Of a stretch of DNA of 64,000 nt, positions 15,843 through 25,497 are shown one piece after another. Source of the DNA: an uncultured Verrucomicrobiae bacterium (lineage in GTDB: Bacteria; Verrucomicrobiota; Verrucomicrobiia; Limisphaerales; UBA11358); contig CAVQGB010000005.1 in assembly GCA_963711945.1 (NCBI GenBank), forward strand, positions 175,664 to 239,663, in the 5' to 3' direction. The notes beneath the pieces were generated by a model that made no database searches, was not told where the DNA came from, and saw only the letters and a list, made by a program, of their open reading frames with translations. The number at the start of each line of letters is the position of its first letter. The first letter of the stretch is position 1. A program made the position numbers and the translations under genes.

Positions 15843-16955
15843 TCAATGCTCCGACCCGCCCGGAGCTTCGGGAATGCCGGGGTTGTCCAGGATCTGCACG
15901 GCGGTCGCCGGGCCGAGGTCATTCCAATCCTGGAGGACCCATACGGCCTTTTTGTCCGGCGAGACTTCGACCAGTTGTGCGCCTTTGCCGTCGCCGCCGC
16001 GGGAGCAGACAACGGTGTCGCCATTGGCCAGACGGGTGCAGGTTTGCGTGTCGAGGTAGCGGTAAGGCTCGGGCAAATCCTTCGGCGTGAGGCTCCAGAC
16101 GACCTGCTTGTCCGGGGTGACCTCCAGTTGCGATTTTCCGGATTCGTTCGTGATGAGCGTGCGGCCGTTCTTGAGCCGGATGGCGGCCCACGGCGAGAAT
16201 CTCGTTCCCGCCGGCAGATCATTCGTGCCAAAAGTCCAAATCGCGTTGAAATGTTCATCATACTCGATCACCTGCTGCATCGTGAGGAACGCGCAGAGAT
16301 AAGTTCCCTGCGCCGTGTAGCGCACACGGCGGAATTCCCCATGCACGTTCCTGCGGTCGGGCGGCTGGATGAACGGCAAATCGTGTTGCACGACAATGTC
16401 CCCGGTCGCGATGTTGACCACCTTCAACACCGGCGGCAAACCGTTCTCAATGAACAGGACCTTGTTCGTGCCGATGGGCTGGCAGCTATGAATTTCCGTT
16501 CCCGCGGGGGCATCGTAACGCCAGACGACCTTTTTCTCCGGGGTGACTTCGGCGGCGTATTGCATCCGGCTGAAGAGGACGTTGCCGTTGGAAAGCATCC
16601 AGACATCGTCATATTCGCCGCCACTGCCGGTCTGATAGGTCCAGATGACCCTGCCGTTGTTGACGACGAACAGCTTGTTGTAACCCTCGCCGGCATAAAG
16701 CATCGGATGTTGCGCCAATCCCCGGCCGGGAAGATCGGCGGGCGGGGCATTGGTGTAGGCCTTGCGCGGCCTGACTTCGGTTTCACCCGGACCGAGCGCC
16801 GGCACATCGGGGGCGGTGAATTTGTAAAGGACATCCAGGCAAGGCGTCGCGGAATGAGATTGTATCACTGGCGCCAGTTGTGCCGACGCAGTGCCGGCGA
16901 ACCACGCCGTGGCTGCGGCAAGGGCAAAAATCTGAATGGTCAGTTTATCGCGCAT
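15843..16955 (-). CDS. Secreted beta-propeller-like repeat protein (function unknown)
   Basis: Signal peptide MRDKLTIQIFALAAATAWFAGTASAQ. Repeated ...VVW/VIW... strand motifs are typical of propeller blades. No catalytic motif recognised. Confidence 0.6.
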   Translation of the reverse strand: MRDKLTIQIFALAAATAWFAGTASAQLAPVIQSHSATPCLDVLYKFTAPDVPALGPGETEVRPRKAYTNAPPADLPGRGLAQHPMLYAGEGYNKLFVVNNGRVIWTYQTGSGGEYDDVWMLSNGNVLFSRMQYAAEVTPEKKVVWRYDAPAGTEIHSCQPIGTNKVLFIENGLPPVLKVVNIATGDIVVQHDLPFIQPPDRRNVHGEFRRVRYTAQGTYLCAFLTMQQVIEYDEHFNAIWTFGTNDLPAGTRFSPWAAIRLKNGRTLITNESGKSQLEVTPDKQVVWSLTPKDLPEPYRYLDTQTCTRLANGDTVVCSRGGDGKGAQLVEVSPDKKAVWVLQDWNDLGPATAVQILDNPGIPEAPGGSEH

Positions 16956-17100
16956 AGTATTTCACAGATTCGGAGTCTGTCGTCTGATAACGCAATGCCG
17001 CCGTGCGCACAATAAAATTCAATCGCACAATTGACCGCCGGTCGGATTGAACATTGCGCCAGGATGCCGCCCGCGAAATTTCGTGCCGCGGTTCGCGGCT

Positions 17101-17128
17101 TTGATTTTTGACCGTGATTTTCTATAGT
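17101..17128 (+). promoter_or_regulatory. Candidate sigma70-type promoter for the AEC transporter gene
   Basis: TTGATT (17101-17106), a 16-nt spacer, then TATAGT (17123-17128). The ATG at 17140 implies a very short leader. Confidence 0.3.
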
Positions 17129-17139
17129 ATGGTCAAGCG

Positions 17140-18126
17140 ATGACTCACGTGGTCTTTCTCAAAATCGCGGCGATGTTCCTCGTGATCATCGCCGGCTGGC
17201 TGGCGCGCCGGCGCGGATTTCTGGCGGCGGAGTTCACGGCCACATTGAGCCGGTTGGTGGTGGATGTCGCGTTTCCCGCCCTGGTGTTCACGCAAATGCT
17301 GCGGACGGTGAACGCGTCGGCGCTGCGCGAAGGCTGGCAGGGACCGCTGCTTTGCGGACTGCTCATTTTCATCGCGTATTTCACCGGGCTGCTGCTCGCG
17401 CCGGCGTTCAGCGGCAAGGCGCAGCGCAACACCTTCATTTTTCTCGTGGCCATTCCCAACTGGCTTTTCCTGCCGCTGCCGATTGTGCAGGCGCTTTACG
17501 GCGACACCGGTGTCCGCACCGTGCTGCTCTGCAATGTCGGCGCGCAAGTGGTCCTCTGGTCATTCGGCGTCTGGATTCTGCATGGCCAGATGCGTCAGGC
17601 GGCGAAAAATCTTTACACGAACATGGGCTTGTGGGCGACGGCACTGGGAATTGTCATCGCGCTGCTGGTTCCCGCCGCGCGCGATTTGGAATCCATCAAT
17701 CCCGCGGACGCGCCGCTGGGGATGCTGCTGCCCGCCGCGCTGGTGCAGGCGCTGGCGCTGGTCGGCAGCCTGACCATTCCGATGTCGCTGCTGGCCATCG
17801 GCGCGCAACTGGGCGAACTGACCATCGCCATCCACCGTTTTCCGCGCGTGCTGTGGGGCGTGTTGCTGGCGCGGTTGGTGATCGCGCCGCTGGTAACGGT
17901 GGCCATTGGTTTTGCCCTGATGAAAATGGGCGCAACAATTCCCACCGAGACGCGAATGATCATTTATTTGATCGCGGCGATGCCGGTGGCGATCAGTTGC
18001 AGCGTGATGACCGAGCGGCTCAGCGGCGACACCCCGCTCGCCGCCGAGGGGATTTTTTACAGCACGTTCTTCAGCCTGCTGACCGTGCCGGCAATTTTTT
18101 TCCTGATTCAACAGTATGGGTTGTGA
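17140..18126 (+). CDS. AEC (auxin efflux carrier) family transporter
   Basis: 328 aa with about 10 hydrophobic segments. The N-terminus, MTHVVFLKIAAMFLVIIAGWLARRRGFL, is typical of the family. Confidence 0.8.
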   Translation: MTHVVFLKIAAMFLVIIAGWLARRRGFLAAEFTATLSRLVVDVAFPALVFTQMLRTVNASALREGWQGPLLCGLLIFIAYFTGLLLAPAFSGKAQRNTFIFLVAIPNWLFLPLPIVQALYGDTGVRTVLLCNVGAQVVLWSFGVWILHGQMRQAAKNLYTNMGLWATALGIVIALLVPAARDLESINPADAPLGMLLPAALVQALALVGSLTIPMSLLAIGAQLGELTIAIHRFPRVLWGVLLARLVIAPLVTVAIGFALMKMGATIPTETRMIIYLIAAMPVAISCSVMTERLSGDTPLAAEGIFYSTFFSLLTVPAIFFLIQQYGL

Positions 18127-18163
18127 TGATTCGGCGCTTGATGCCACTTCATGGTGAAATAAA

Positions 18164-18706
18164 ATGAGCGCCATGAATCCGGGCGAACATCCAGCTTCCA
18201 CGTCTGGCGCGGAAACGAAGACGCCTCCGAACACGGCTTTTCGGTCCGGGGCGAAAGTGATTCCGCCGTTGATTTACGCCATCCTGTTCGGAATCGGCAT
18301 CCTCATGCAACACTTCCTTCCGTTGGCACGGACGGCGTTGACGGGAACGATCGCCCGGTTTATGGGGACGCTGTTCATGAGTGCCTCAGCAATCCTGGCG
18401 GGATGGAGCTTTGCCAGTTTTTGGCACGCCCGCACCAGTCTGCTGCCGGTTCAACCGAGCAGGGCGCTGGTAACGACCGGTCCTTACCGTATTATTCGCA
18501 ATCCAATGTATGCCAGCCTTGCCTGCCTGCACGCCGGGCTGGCGATCTGGCTTGACGTTTTTTGGGCGCTGCTCTTTTTGCCCGCCGTAATCGTGCTGGT
18601 CCAGCGCCTTGTCATTGCAGGCGAAGAGCGTTACCTGGAGCAGAAATTCGGAGACGAATACCGCCGCTACAAAACGCGCGTGCCCCGCTGGATTCCGCGC
18701 ATCTGA
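18164..18706 (+). CDS. Isoprenylcysteine carboxyl methyltransferase (ICMT)-family / phospholipid methyltransferase-like membrane protein
   Basis: Multi-TM protein with C-terminal TTGPYRIIRNPMYASL...GEERYLEQKFGDEYRRYKTRVPRWIP. Confidence 0.8.
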   Translation: MSAMNPGEHPASTSGAETKTPPNTAFRSGAKVIPPLIYAILFGIGILMQHFLPLARTALTGTIARFMGTLFMSASAILAGWSFASFWHARTSLLPVQPSRALVTTGPYRIIRNPMYASLACLHAGLAIWLDVFWALLFLPAVIVLVQRLVIAGEERYLEQKFGDEYRRYKTRVPRWIPRI

Positions 18707-18773
18707 CAAAGCAACCGTTCCCGCCGCCAAATTGGCTGTTCAAAATCGCGCCGACAAATTATCCTGCCGCATC

Positions 18774-19890
18774 ATGGCTGACAAAGTTCCCTATCTTGAT
18801 CTGCCCGCGCAAATCCGCGGCATCCGCAAGGAAATTGACGCCGCCATCGCGCGGACGATTGACCACTGCTCGTTCTGCCTCGGGCCGGACGTAGCGCAAT
18901 TTGAAAAAGACTTCGCCCGGTTCATCGGCGCGGAACATTGCGTCGCCTTCAACAGCGGCACGTCCGCGCTGCACGTCGCCCTGCTGCTGCTCGGCGTCGG
19001 GCCGGGCGACGAAGTCGTCACCACGCCTTTCACCTTTGTGGCGACGAGCTGGGCGATTTCCTACGTTGGCGCGAAACCGGTCTACGTGGACGTGGACGAC
19101 GCCACGATGAATCTCGACCCGAAGCTGCTTGAACGCGCCATCACCCCGCGCACCAAGGCAGTCCTGCCGGTGCATCTTTACGGCCATCCGTTTGATCTCG
19201 ATCCGATTCTGGCCATTTGCAGGAAACACAAACTGCCGCTCGTCGAAGACGCCTGCCAGGCGCACGGCGCGAAATACAAGGGCAAAACCGTCGGCGCTGC
19301 CGGCGACATTTCCTGCTTCAGCTTTTATCCCGGCAAAAATCTCGGCGCATGCGGCGAAGGCGGCGCGCTGGTGACGAACAACGCCTCGTTTGCCGCGCGC
19401 GCCCGCTCGTTGCGCGAACACGGCTCGACCGTGCGCTATTACCACGACGAAGTCGGATTCAATTACCGGATGGAGGGCATTCAAGGCGCGGTGCTGGGCG
19501 TGAAGCTGCCGCACCTGCAAAAATGGACGGACGCGCGCCGCCGCGTGGCGCATCGCTACAACGAACTGCTGCGCGACACGCCGCTGCAACTGCCGCAGCG
19601 AAGCCGGTTACGCGGAAAGCGCCTGCCATCTTTACGTCGTGCGCCATCCGCGCCGCGACGAACTCAAAAAACATCTGGACGACAACGGCGTCGGCTGCGC
19701 GCTGCATTATCCGCTGCCGCTGCACCTGCAAAAGTGCTACGCGAACCTCGGCCACAAGCCGGGCGATTTTCCGGTCGCCGAAAAGGCCGCGCGCGAATGT
19801 TTGAGCCTGCCGATTTATCCCGAATTGACCGACGCGCAAATCCGGCGCGTGGCGGAGGTCATCAAGGGCTTTTTTGCCGCAGTCGGCTGA
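18774..19890 (+). pseudogene. DegT/DnrJ/EryC1/StrS-family PLP aminotransferase with one frameshift near 19599
   Basis: MADKVPYLDLPAQIRGIRKEIDAAI...FSFYPGKNLGACGEGGALV... (ORF 18609..19991, ATG at 18774) continues in ORF 19639..19890 as EAGYAESACHLYVVRHPRRDELKKHL...IYPELTD. One extra base lies in CCGCAG-C-GAAGCC. Confidence 0.85.
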
Positions 19891-20035
19891 TCGTCCTGAT
19901 GCGTCGAGAGCAAAGGCGGACAGTTCGCTTCGCACTCAACTGTCTCTTCAGGTTGAAACCGAATTGCCGCCACTTGAAGCTTGCCATGTGAATCACGCCA
20001 GTGGCAACTTGCCTGTTTTCAACCCATAAATCCGC

Positions 20036-21958
20036 ATGGAAACGAACCGGCAGCCTGAATCGGACGAAGCCAAATTGCGCGAGCAGTTGGAGGAGTTCCT
20101 CCGTTACGCCCGCCTGCTGGAGGACGTCACGCGCGCGCCGGCCAACCTGCCGCGCCTCAAGGAAATCCGCCCCATTGTGCCGGTGCATGAAACCTTCCTG
20201 CCCGGTTCAATTCTCACCACGCTGTTCCGTAATCCAAAAAACGGCCGCACGGCGGCGTTCAAGAGCGAGGAACTGGCGCAGTTGGACGGCATGACGACCG
20301 ATTACCTGCTGGATTATTATCTCGCGCAATCGGTGTTCACGGCGGACGACATGACGCGACTGCGCAGCAGCATCGAGTCGCACACGCGGCGGCTGTATCA
20401 ATTGATGCGCAACAGCGACTGGCGGGCGTCGGTGTTCAAATACGAAGTCGCCAAGGAGAAAGCCATCCTGCGCAGCCTGCTGCAACTGCGGCTGCTGATT
20501 GAATGTGTGCAAATCCTCACGCCGCCACTGATGACCGTGAAACGGATCGGCGACGGGGAATTCGATTTGATTGACAATCTACATGGACTGGTGCGGTTGC
20601 TGGCACTGACGTTGTGGCAGCGGCTGGCCACCGACGGCTCGGAATTGCAGGCTTATGGCGCGCTGTCACTTTGCATCGCCGGTCTCGCGGCGAAATCGGA
20701 CGACGCGCTGGCGTTGATTGAATCCGGCTACGCCGCCGCCAACGGCGACGAAGCCGCGTTCAAGAAATGGTTCGAGAAAAGCGGGCGCAAGGCGATGGAG
20801 CGCGTCGAAACCATGTTGCAGCCGGTGGAGAAGCGCGGCTTGGACGAAATCTTTGGTTTGTTCACGCGCCATTCGCTGGATCTGGGCCTGCAACCTGTGA
20901 CGATCGAATTTGTCCGGCAAACGTTGCAAACACTGGTGATGACGCTGGCGAACATGGACCACGAAATGTCCGACGCCTGCCGCCGCCGTTCCACCGTCAT
21001 TTCATCGCAGTTCACCGAGGTGTCGCGACAATACGTCGTGGATTTCAACGCGCGCGCCGCCGATCCCGGCGTGAGCGAGGAAGACCTGAACGCCATTTTC
21101 AAGGAACTGGACGCGCTCGTGGGCCTTTACCCGGTGAAGAACGAGGTCCATCGCGCTACAAATTTTGCGCGGATGCAGGTGATCCGCCGGCAACAAAGCC
21201 TGCCCGTGGTAAAGGCCAATTTGCACAGCGTTTTCTTCGGCAATCCCGGCACCGGCAAGACCACCGTCGCGCGGCTGATGGGCCGCATCTACAAATCGCT
21301 CGGCCTGCTCCGGCGCGGCCACGTGGTCGAATGCGACCGCGCCCGGCTCGTGGCCGAATACGTCGGCCAGACCGCGGTGCGAACCAACGCCGTCATTGAT
21401 TCGGCGCTCGACGGGATTTTGTTCATTGACGAAGCCTATTCGCTCGCCGGGCGCGGCGCGGAGGATTTCGGCAGCGAAGCCGTCGAAACGCTGCTCAAGC
21501 GGATGGAAGACGACCGCGACCGGCTGGTCGTCATTGTGGCCGGCTACAACGAGCCGATGAAGCAGTTCATCGCGTCGAATCCCGGCCTCGAATCGCGCTT
21601 TACGAACTATCTGAACTTTCCCGATTATTCGCCGGAGGAACTGGTGGAAATCTTCCACCGCATGGCGGCGGTCAGCGGGTTGGTGTGCTCGCCGGATACG
21701 GAGAAAAAGGTTTTGGCCACCTGCAAGAACCTGCACACCGGGCGCAATGACCAATTTGGCAACGCGCGCGAGGTGCGGAACCTGTTCGAGTCCGCCGTGC
21801 GCAATCAAAGCACGCGCCTGGTGAACAGCGGCCAATGCGACCGCGACGCGCTGACGACGCTGTCGCCGGAGGATTTGCCCGCCGATTTTGCGTCCGGCAT
21901 GCCTGCGCCATCGGAAACCAAGCCGGCCACATCACGAATTGCGCCGAGGGCGGGTTGA
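20036..21958 (+). CDS. AAA+ ATPase (CbbX/SpoVK-like module) with a ~380-aa N-terminal domain of unknown function
   Basis: Walker A FFGNPGTGKTTVARLMG, Walker B ILFIDEAYSL, then VIVAGY...NPGLESRF. The N-terminal part has no recognisable motif. Confidence 0.85.
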   Translation: METNRQPESDEAKLREQLEEFLRYARLLEDVTRAPANLPRLKEIRPIVPVHETFLPGSILTTLFRNPKNGRTAAFKSEELAQLDGMTTDYLLDYYLAQSVFTADDMTRLRSSIESHTRRLYQLMRNSDWRASVFKYEVAKEKAILRSLLQLRLLIECVQILTPPLMTVKRIGDGEFDLIDNLHGLVRLLALTLWQRLATDGSELQAYGALSLCIAGLAAKSDDALALIESGYAAANGDEAAFKKWFEKSGRKAMERVETMLQPVEKRGLDEIFGLFTRHSLDLGLQPVTIEFVRQTLQTLVMTLANMDHEMSDACRRRSTVISSQFTEVSRQYVVDFNARAADPGVSEEDLNAIFKELDALVGLYPVKNEVHRATNFARMQVIRRQQSLPVVKANLHSVFFGNPGTGKTTVARLMGRIYKSLGLLRRGHVVECDRARLVAEYVGQTAVRTNAVIDSALDGILFIDEAYSLAGRGAEDFGSEAVETLLKRMEDDRDRLVVIVAGYNEPMKQFIASNPGLESRFTNYLNFPDYSPEELVEIFHRMAAVSGLVCSPDTEKKVLATCKNLHTGRNDQFGNAREVRNLFESAVRNQSTRLVNSGQCDRDALTTLSPEDLPADFASGMPAPSETKPATSRIAPRAG

Positions 21959-21987
21959 AGAATTACAAAATCGGCTTGGCAAGCAAA

Positions 21988-23304
21988 TCAATAACCGATT
22001 GTCCGATAAAAACGATTCGGCATTGATGAATTGGTGTCGGTAAAATTTACCGTGCCGACGAATACCGCGTTGGTGGCAAGGGAATACCAGTCGTTTAAAT
22101 TTGTAGAAGATTGGAGAACGCACTGGGTGTTGGTTGTCCCCAACAAATCTATCAGCATTCCTCCGGTGCCAGCTCTCGGGCTGGTAAGCAGCGGCGTTTG
22201 TGATTGATATTGGCTGTTGCCGGTGGCGAAGCTGATGACAGTATCTGGTGGCAATAAATTTTGATTTGCATCTGCGAAAGCCAATGCTGAATCGAGCGGA
22301 TTCAAAATGAAGGCATATGTTTGGTTGCCCGAAAAGTTTGTTGAAGGCATGAATGCCAATCGCGTTTTTGACTGATTCCAGCTCCCGTTATAAATTCGTG
22401 GATCGACTACAGCAGTTCTGAAGCTCCAACCGCCATTCATCCCCTTGTTGAATGAAAACACGACCGGAACGTTTGTTGGAACGGCAACGGAACCGTTCGC
22501 CGGAATGCTTGATAAAAATATTGGCGGTGTCGCGTCGCCCGAACCTTGAGTCTTGACATAAAAATCAGTCTGGGCCGTATACAGTGTGGCGCCGAAGGCG
22601 CCTGGAATTTGATTGGTAACGGTGGATTGCACCTTCGCGAAGACCAGCCGGCCAAAATACGAACGGCCCGGCGATAAAGTTTTGGCTGGAATCAGAATCG
22701 AATTAGGAGTGCCGTTGAGTGCATTCGTCGCACCCGGAATAATGGAGGTTTGGAAGGTTGTTCCGAGTCCTGATTGCAGGGAACAAATAATCAAATCATT
22801 TGTTGATCCGCCGGTAAATGAATTCCAAGTCAGGGCAAAATCGTTTGACGGATTAATGGATTGGGCATCTGTCAAGTTAGCGATGGCTGGCGCAGGAGGA
22901 AGTGAGCCGCCGGCCATTACATTGCTCCCGGTCAATAGATGACCGCTGATGAAGAACTGAAATTTGTAAACACCATTCGTGAAGTTTGAATCCAAATTTG
23001 GTTGCGTATTCGTTCTCTCAAAATGCGTCGATGCCTTGTCCGGCACAATCGAAGGTGTCAGGTAATCAGTTTGCAAATTTGGCAGAATAACACTGGCAGA
23101 GATGAAATAGTCAGGATTGTTGTCGAATACAGCTTGCGCCTTAAAAAACCACGGTGCGTAAGGTCGCACCGCCGGTGAGCCACCGGGGTCTTGGTGATAA
23201 AAAGTTCCTTTGGCAACACTGTAAAATAATAATGTGGTTGCGGGCAAAGCCGTTGGTGTCAGCCACAACAAAGCCAGTGCGGCGGCTTGTATCGAATATT
23301 GCAT
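21988..23304 (-). CDS. Secreted hypothetical protein with Ig-like/SbsA-type repeat features, in a low-GC region
   Basis: The internal ATG at 23304 gives MQYSIQAAALALLWLTPTALPATTLL (signal peptide). Composition is Ser/Thr/Asn-rich. The region is visibly more AT-rich than its flanks. Confidence 0.6.
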   Translation of the reverse strand: MQYSIQAAALALLWLTPTALPATTLLFYSVAKGTFYHQDPGGSPAVRPYAPWFFKAQAVFDNNPDYFISASVILPNLQTDYLTPSIVPDKASTHFERTNTQPNLDSNFTNGVYKFQFFISGHLLTGSNVMAGGSLPPAPAIANLTDAQSINPSNDFALTWNSFTGGSTNDLIICSLQSGLGTTFQTSIIPGATNALNGTPNSILIPAKTLSPGRSYFGRLVFAKVQSTVTNQIPGAFGATLYTAQTDFYVKTQGSGDATPPIFLSSIPANGSVAVPTNVPVVFSFNKGMNGGWSFRTAVVDPRIYNGSWNQSKTRLAFMPSTNFSGNQTYAFILNPLDSALAFADANQNLLPPDTVISFATGNSQYQSQTPLLTSPRAGTGGMLIDLLGTTNTQCVLQSSTNLNDWYSLATNAVFVGTVNFTDTNSSMPNRFYRTIGY

Positions 23305-23590
23305 CTTAAAGTTCTTATTTGAAGATTTTCTAAAAATTGCCTTTGCCAACGATTGGAGATTACGAAATGATTTGGAAGCAATGCTTCTCATTTTTTGGCG
23401 GAAATTAGCTGTAAATTGTGCATCCTATGCCGGTTAGAAACCCCCAATATGCTGCTTGGCAAGCTCAACGGAATACTTGGTAATTTCTTGCAGCGTCCGA
23501 ACGACAACTTCTGACGACTTGATGAAATCTTTTGGCGGTTGGATGACGATTGTCGCCGCCGATGATGGCTTGAGTGGGGTTCTAAACCGC

Positions 23591-25387
23591 TTAAGCCATC
23601 AGGTCGTAGTCAGTGTGGCCGATGATTTTGACTTTGGCGAATTCGCCAATGGGCAATCTGCCGCGCCCGCCTTCGCCTTGCTTCGACGCGGCAAGAATGT
23701 AAATCCGGCCGTCAATGTCCGGCGCGTCGGCTTCACCGCGGGCGATTAACGTAGGGCAGGCGTCCCGCCTGCCCAATTCCCCCTGTTCGATGCTTTCTCT
23801 TTTGCCCGGCGCAGGCGGGACGCCTGCGCTACTTTCCGCCCGAATCTGTCCATGTTCCCACGATGAAACTTTCGCCTGTTGAAGCTGCTTCGCGTCAGCC
23901 CTGCCTTCGACAAGGACTTTGATTTCGCGGCCGACAAAACTTTCGGAGACAGACACGGCGACCTTGTGTTGCTCGGCCATCGCCAGTTCGCGGCGTTTTT
24001 GCTTCACCTTGTCGGGTATCTGCCCGCCCATCGCGCCGGCGCGGGTGCCGTCCTCCTTGGAATAGGCGAACACACCGAGCCGCTCGAATTTCGTCTCGCG
24101 GATGAAATCGAGCAGCGTGTTGAAGCTCGCCTCCGTCTCGCCGGGAAAACCGACGATGAACGTTGTCCGCAGCGCGATGCCCGGCACGCCGGCGCGGATT
24201 TTGCGGATGAGGTCCACGATATACTGCTGCGAGGTTTCGCGGCGCATCCGCTCGAGCATGTTCTCGTGAATGTGCTGGAGCGGCATATCCACGTAACGCG
24301 CCACCTTCTGGCAACTCGCAATCGTTTCAATCAACTCATCCGTCCAATGCGCCGGATGGGTGTAGAGCAGGCGGATCCAGAAATCGCCTTTCAACGAATT
24401 GAGTTCGCGGAGCAGCGTGCATATGGTCGTGGCATCGGCGGCCAGCGATTGGGCGGCGGCGGAAAATTTCTCCGGCGACGAAATGGCGCGCGAGTGATTG
24501 GGCCGCAAATCCAATCCGTAGTAGGTCGAGTCCTGCGAGATGAGATTGATTTCTTTCACGCCGTCGGCGATGAGCGCCTTGGCCTCGGCAACGATGTCTG
24601 CCTGCTGCCGGCTGCGATGCGAACCGCGCATCCGCGGAATGATGCAGAAGCTGCACGGATGGTTGCAGCCCTCGGCGATTTTAACATAGGCGAAATGTCG
24701 CGGCGTGAGCCGGAAGCGCGGCGTGGCGAAGTCGGGAATAAAGACGGGCCGTTGCGTGACATCGAGAATGGCGGCGCTCTGCCGAGACGCCGCTACGACG
24801 GTCTTGGTTTTGCCGAATTTACCTGTGCCCCGGATGGCATTCCCTGTTTCGTGATCGGAAATGGCACGATTATTTTCCAATTCATTCAGTCGCGCGGAGA
24901 TTTTTCCCTTCGATGTTGGGTGTTCAATGTTCGATGTTCGATGTTTTCCGCCGGTTTTTTCCGCTCGATTGGCAATGGCCTTGCCGACGATTTCACCAAC
25001 CTGCGCGACTTGATCAATGCCCATGAACGCGTCCACTTCCGGGAGCAGTTTGGGCAGCTCCTCGCGAAACCGCTGCGGCAGGCATCCGGAAACGATGACG
25101 GCCTGGCCGCGATTGGCCGCCTCGCGCAATTCAACCGATTCCAAAATCGTGTCCACGCTCTCCTCCTGCGCGGAGTCAATGAAGGAGCAGGTGTTGACGA
25201 TGACGGCGTCAGCCTGCGCGGCGTCGTTGGTGATTTCGACGCCGGATTTCAGGAGGGTGCCGAGCATGATTTCGGCGTCCACGAGGTTTTTGGCGCAGCC
25301 GAGCGAAATCAAGCCGACGCGCAAGTGATCCTGCCCTCCGGTCGTTGGCCCGGCGGGCGGGCGTTCATTGGATTTTTTCCCTGTCAT
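23591..25387 (-). CDS. rimO: Ribosomal protein S12 methylthiotransferase RimO, with two internal repeat-derived insertions
   Basis: MTTase N-domain LISLGCAKNLVDAE...VNTCSFI, radical-SAM motif EGCNHPCSFCIIP, and a C-terminal TRAM region. The start is chosen at MTGKKSNE (25387). Confidence 0.9.
   Translation of the reverse strand: MTGKKSNERPPAGPTTGGQDHLRVGLISLGCAKNLVDAEIMLGTLLKSGVEITNDAAQADAVIVNTCSFIDSAQEESVDTILESVELREAANRGQAVIVSGCLPQRFREELPKLLPEVDAFMGIDQVAQVGEIVGKAIANRAEKTGGKHRTSNIEHPTSKGKISARLNELENNRAISDHETGNAIRGTGKFGKTKTVVAASRQSAAILDVTQRPVFIPDFATPRFRLTPRHFAYVKIAEGCNHPCSFCIIPRMRGSHRSRQQADIVAEAKALIADGVKEINLISQDSTYYGLDLRPNHSRAISSPEKFSAAAQSLAADATTICTLLRELNSLKGDFWIRLLYTHPAHWTDELIETIASCQKVARYVDMPLQHIHENMLERMRRETSQQYIVDLIRKIRAGVPGIALRTTFIVGFPGETEASFNTLLDFIRETKFERLGVFAYSKEDGTRAGAMGGQIPDKVKQKRRELAMAEQHKVAVSVSESFVGREIKVLVEGRADAKQLQQAKVSSWEHGQIRAESSAGVPPAPGKRESIEQGELGRRDACPTLIARGEADAPDIDGRIYILAASKQGEGGRGRLPIGEFAKVKIIGHTDYDLMA
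23751..23832. repeat. Inverted pair of ~24-nt hairpin repeats inside the rimO 3' region
   Basis: GTAGGGCAGGCGTCCCGCCTGCCC ...34 nt... GGCGCAGGCGGGACGCCTGCGCTAC. It is translated as ...SAGVPPAPGKRESIEQGELGRRDACPT... Confidence 0.8.
24909..24943. repeat. Heptanucleotide tandem repeat (TTCGATG-like, 5 units) inside rimO
   Basis: TTCGATG TTGGGTG TTCAATG TTCGATG TTCGATG. It is translated (minus strand) as ...HRTSNIEHPTSKG... Confidence 0.8.
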
Positions 25388-25497
25388 AGGCGGGAAATGG
25401 TAACGAGGATTTGAACTGAAGCAATCTTGTGGATGGGGGGATGGCGTGCCGAGTTCCAAAGGCATGGGCCGCCGACACGGCGCCCTTCCCCCAAGGT

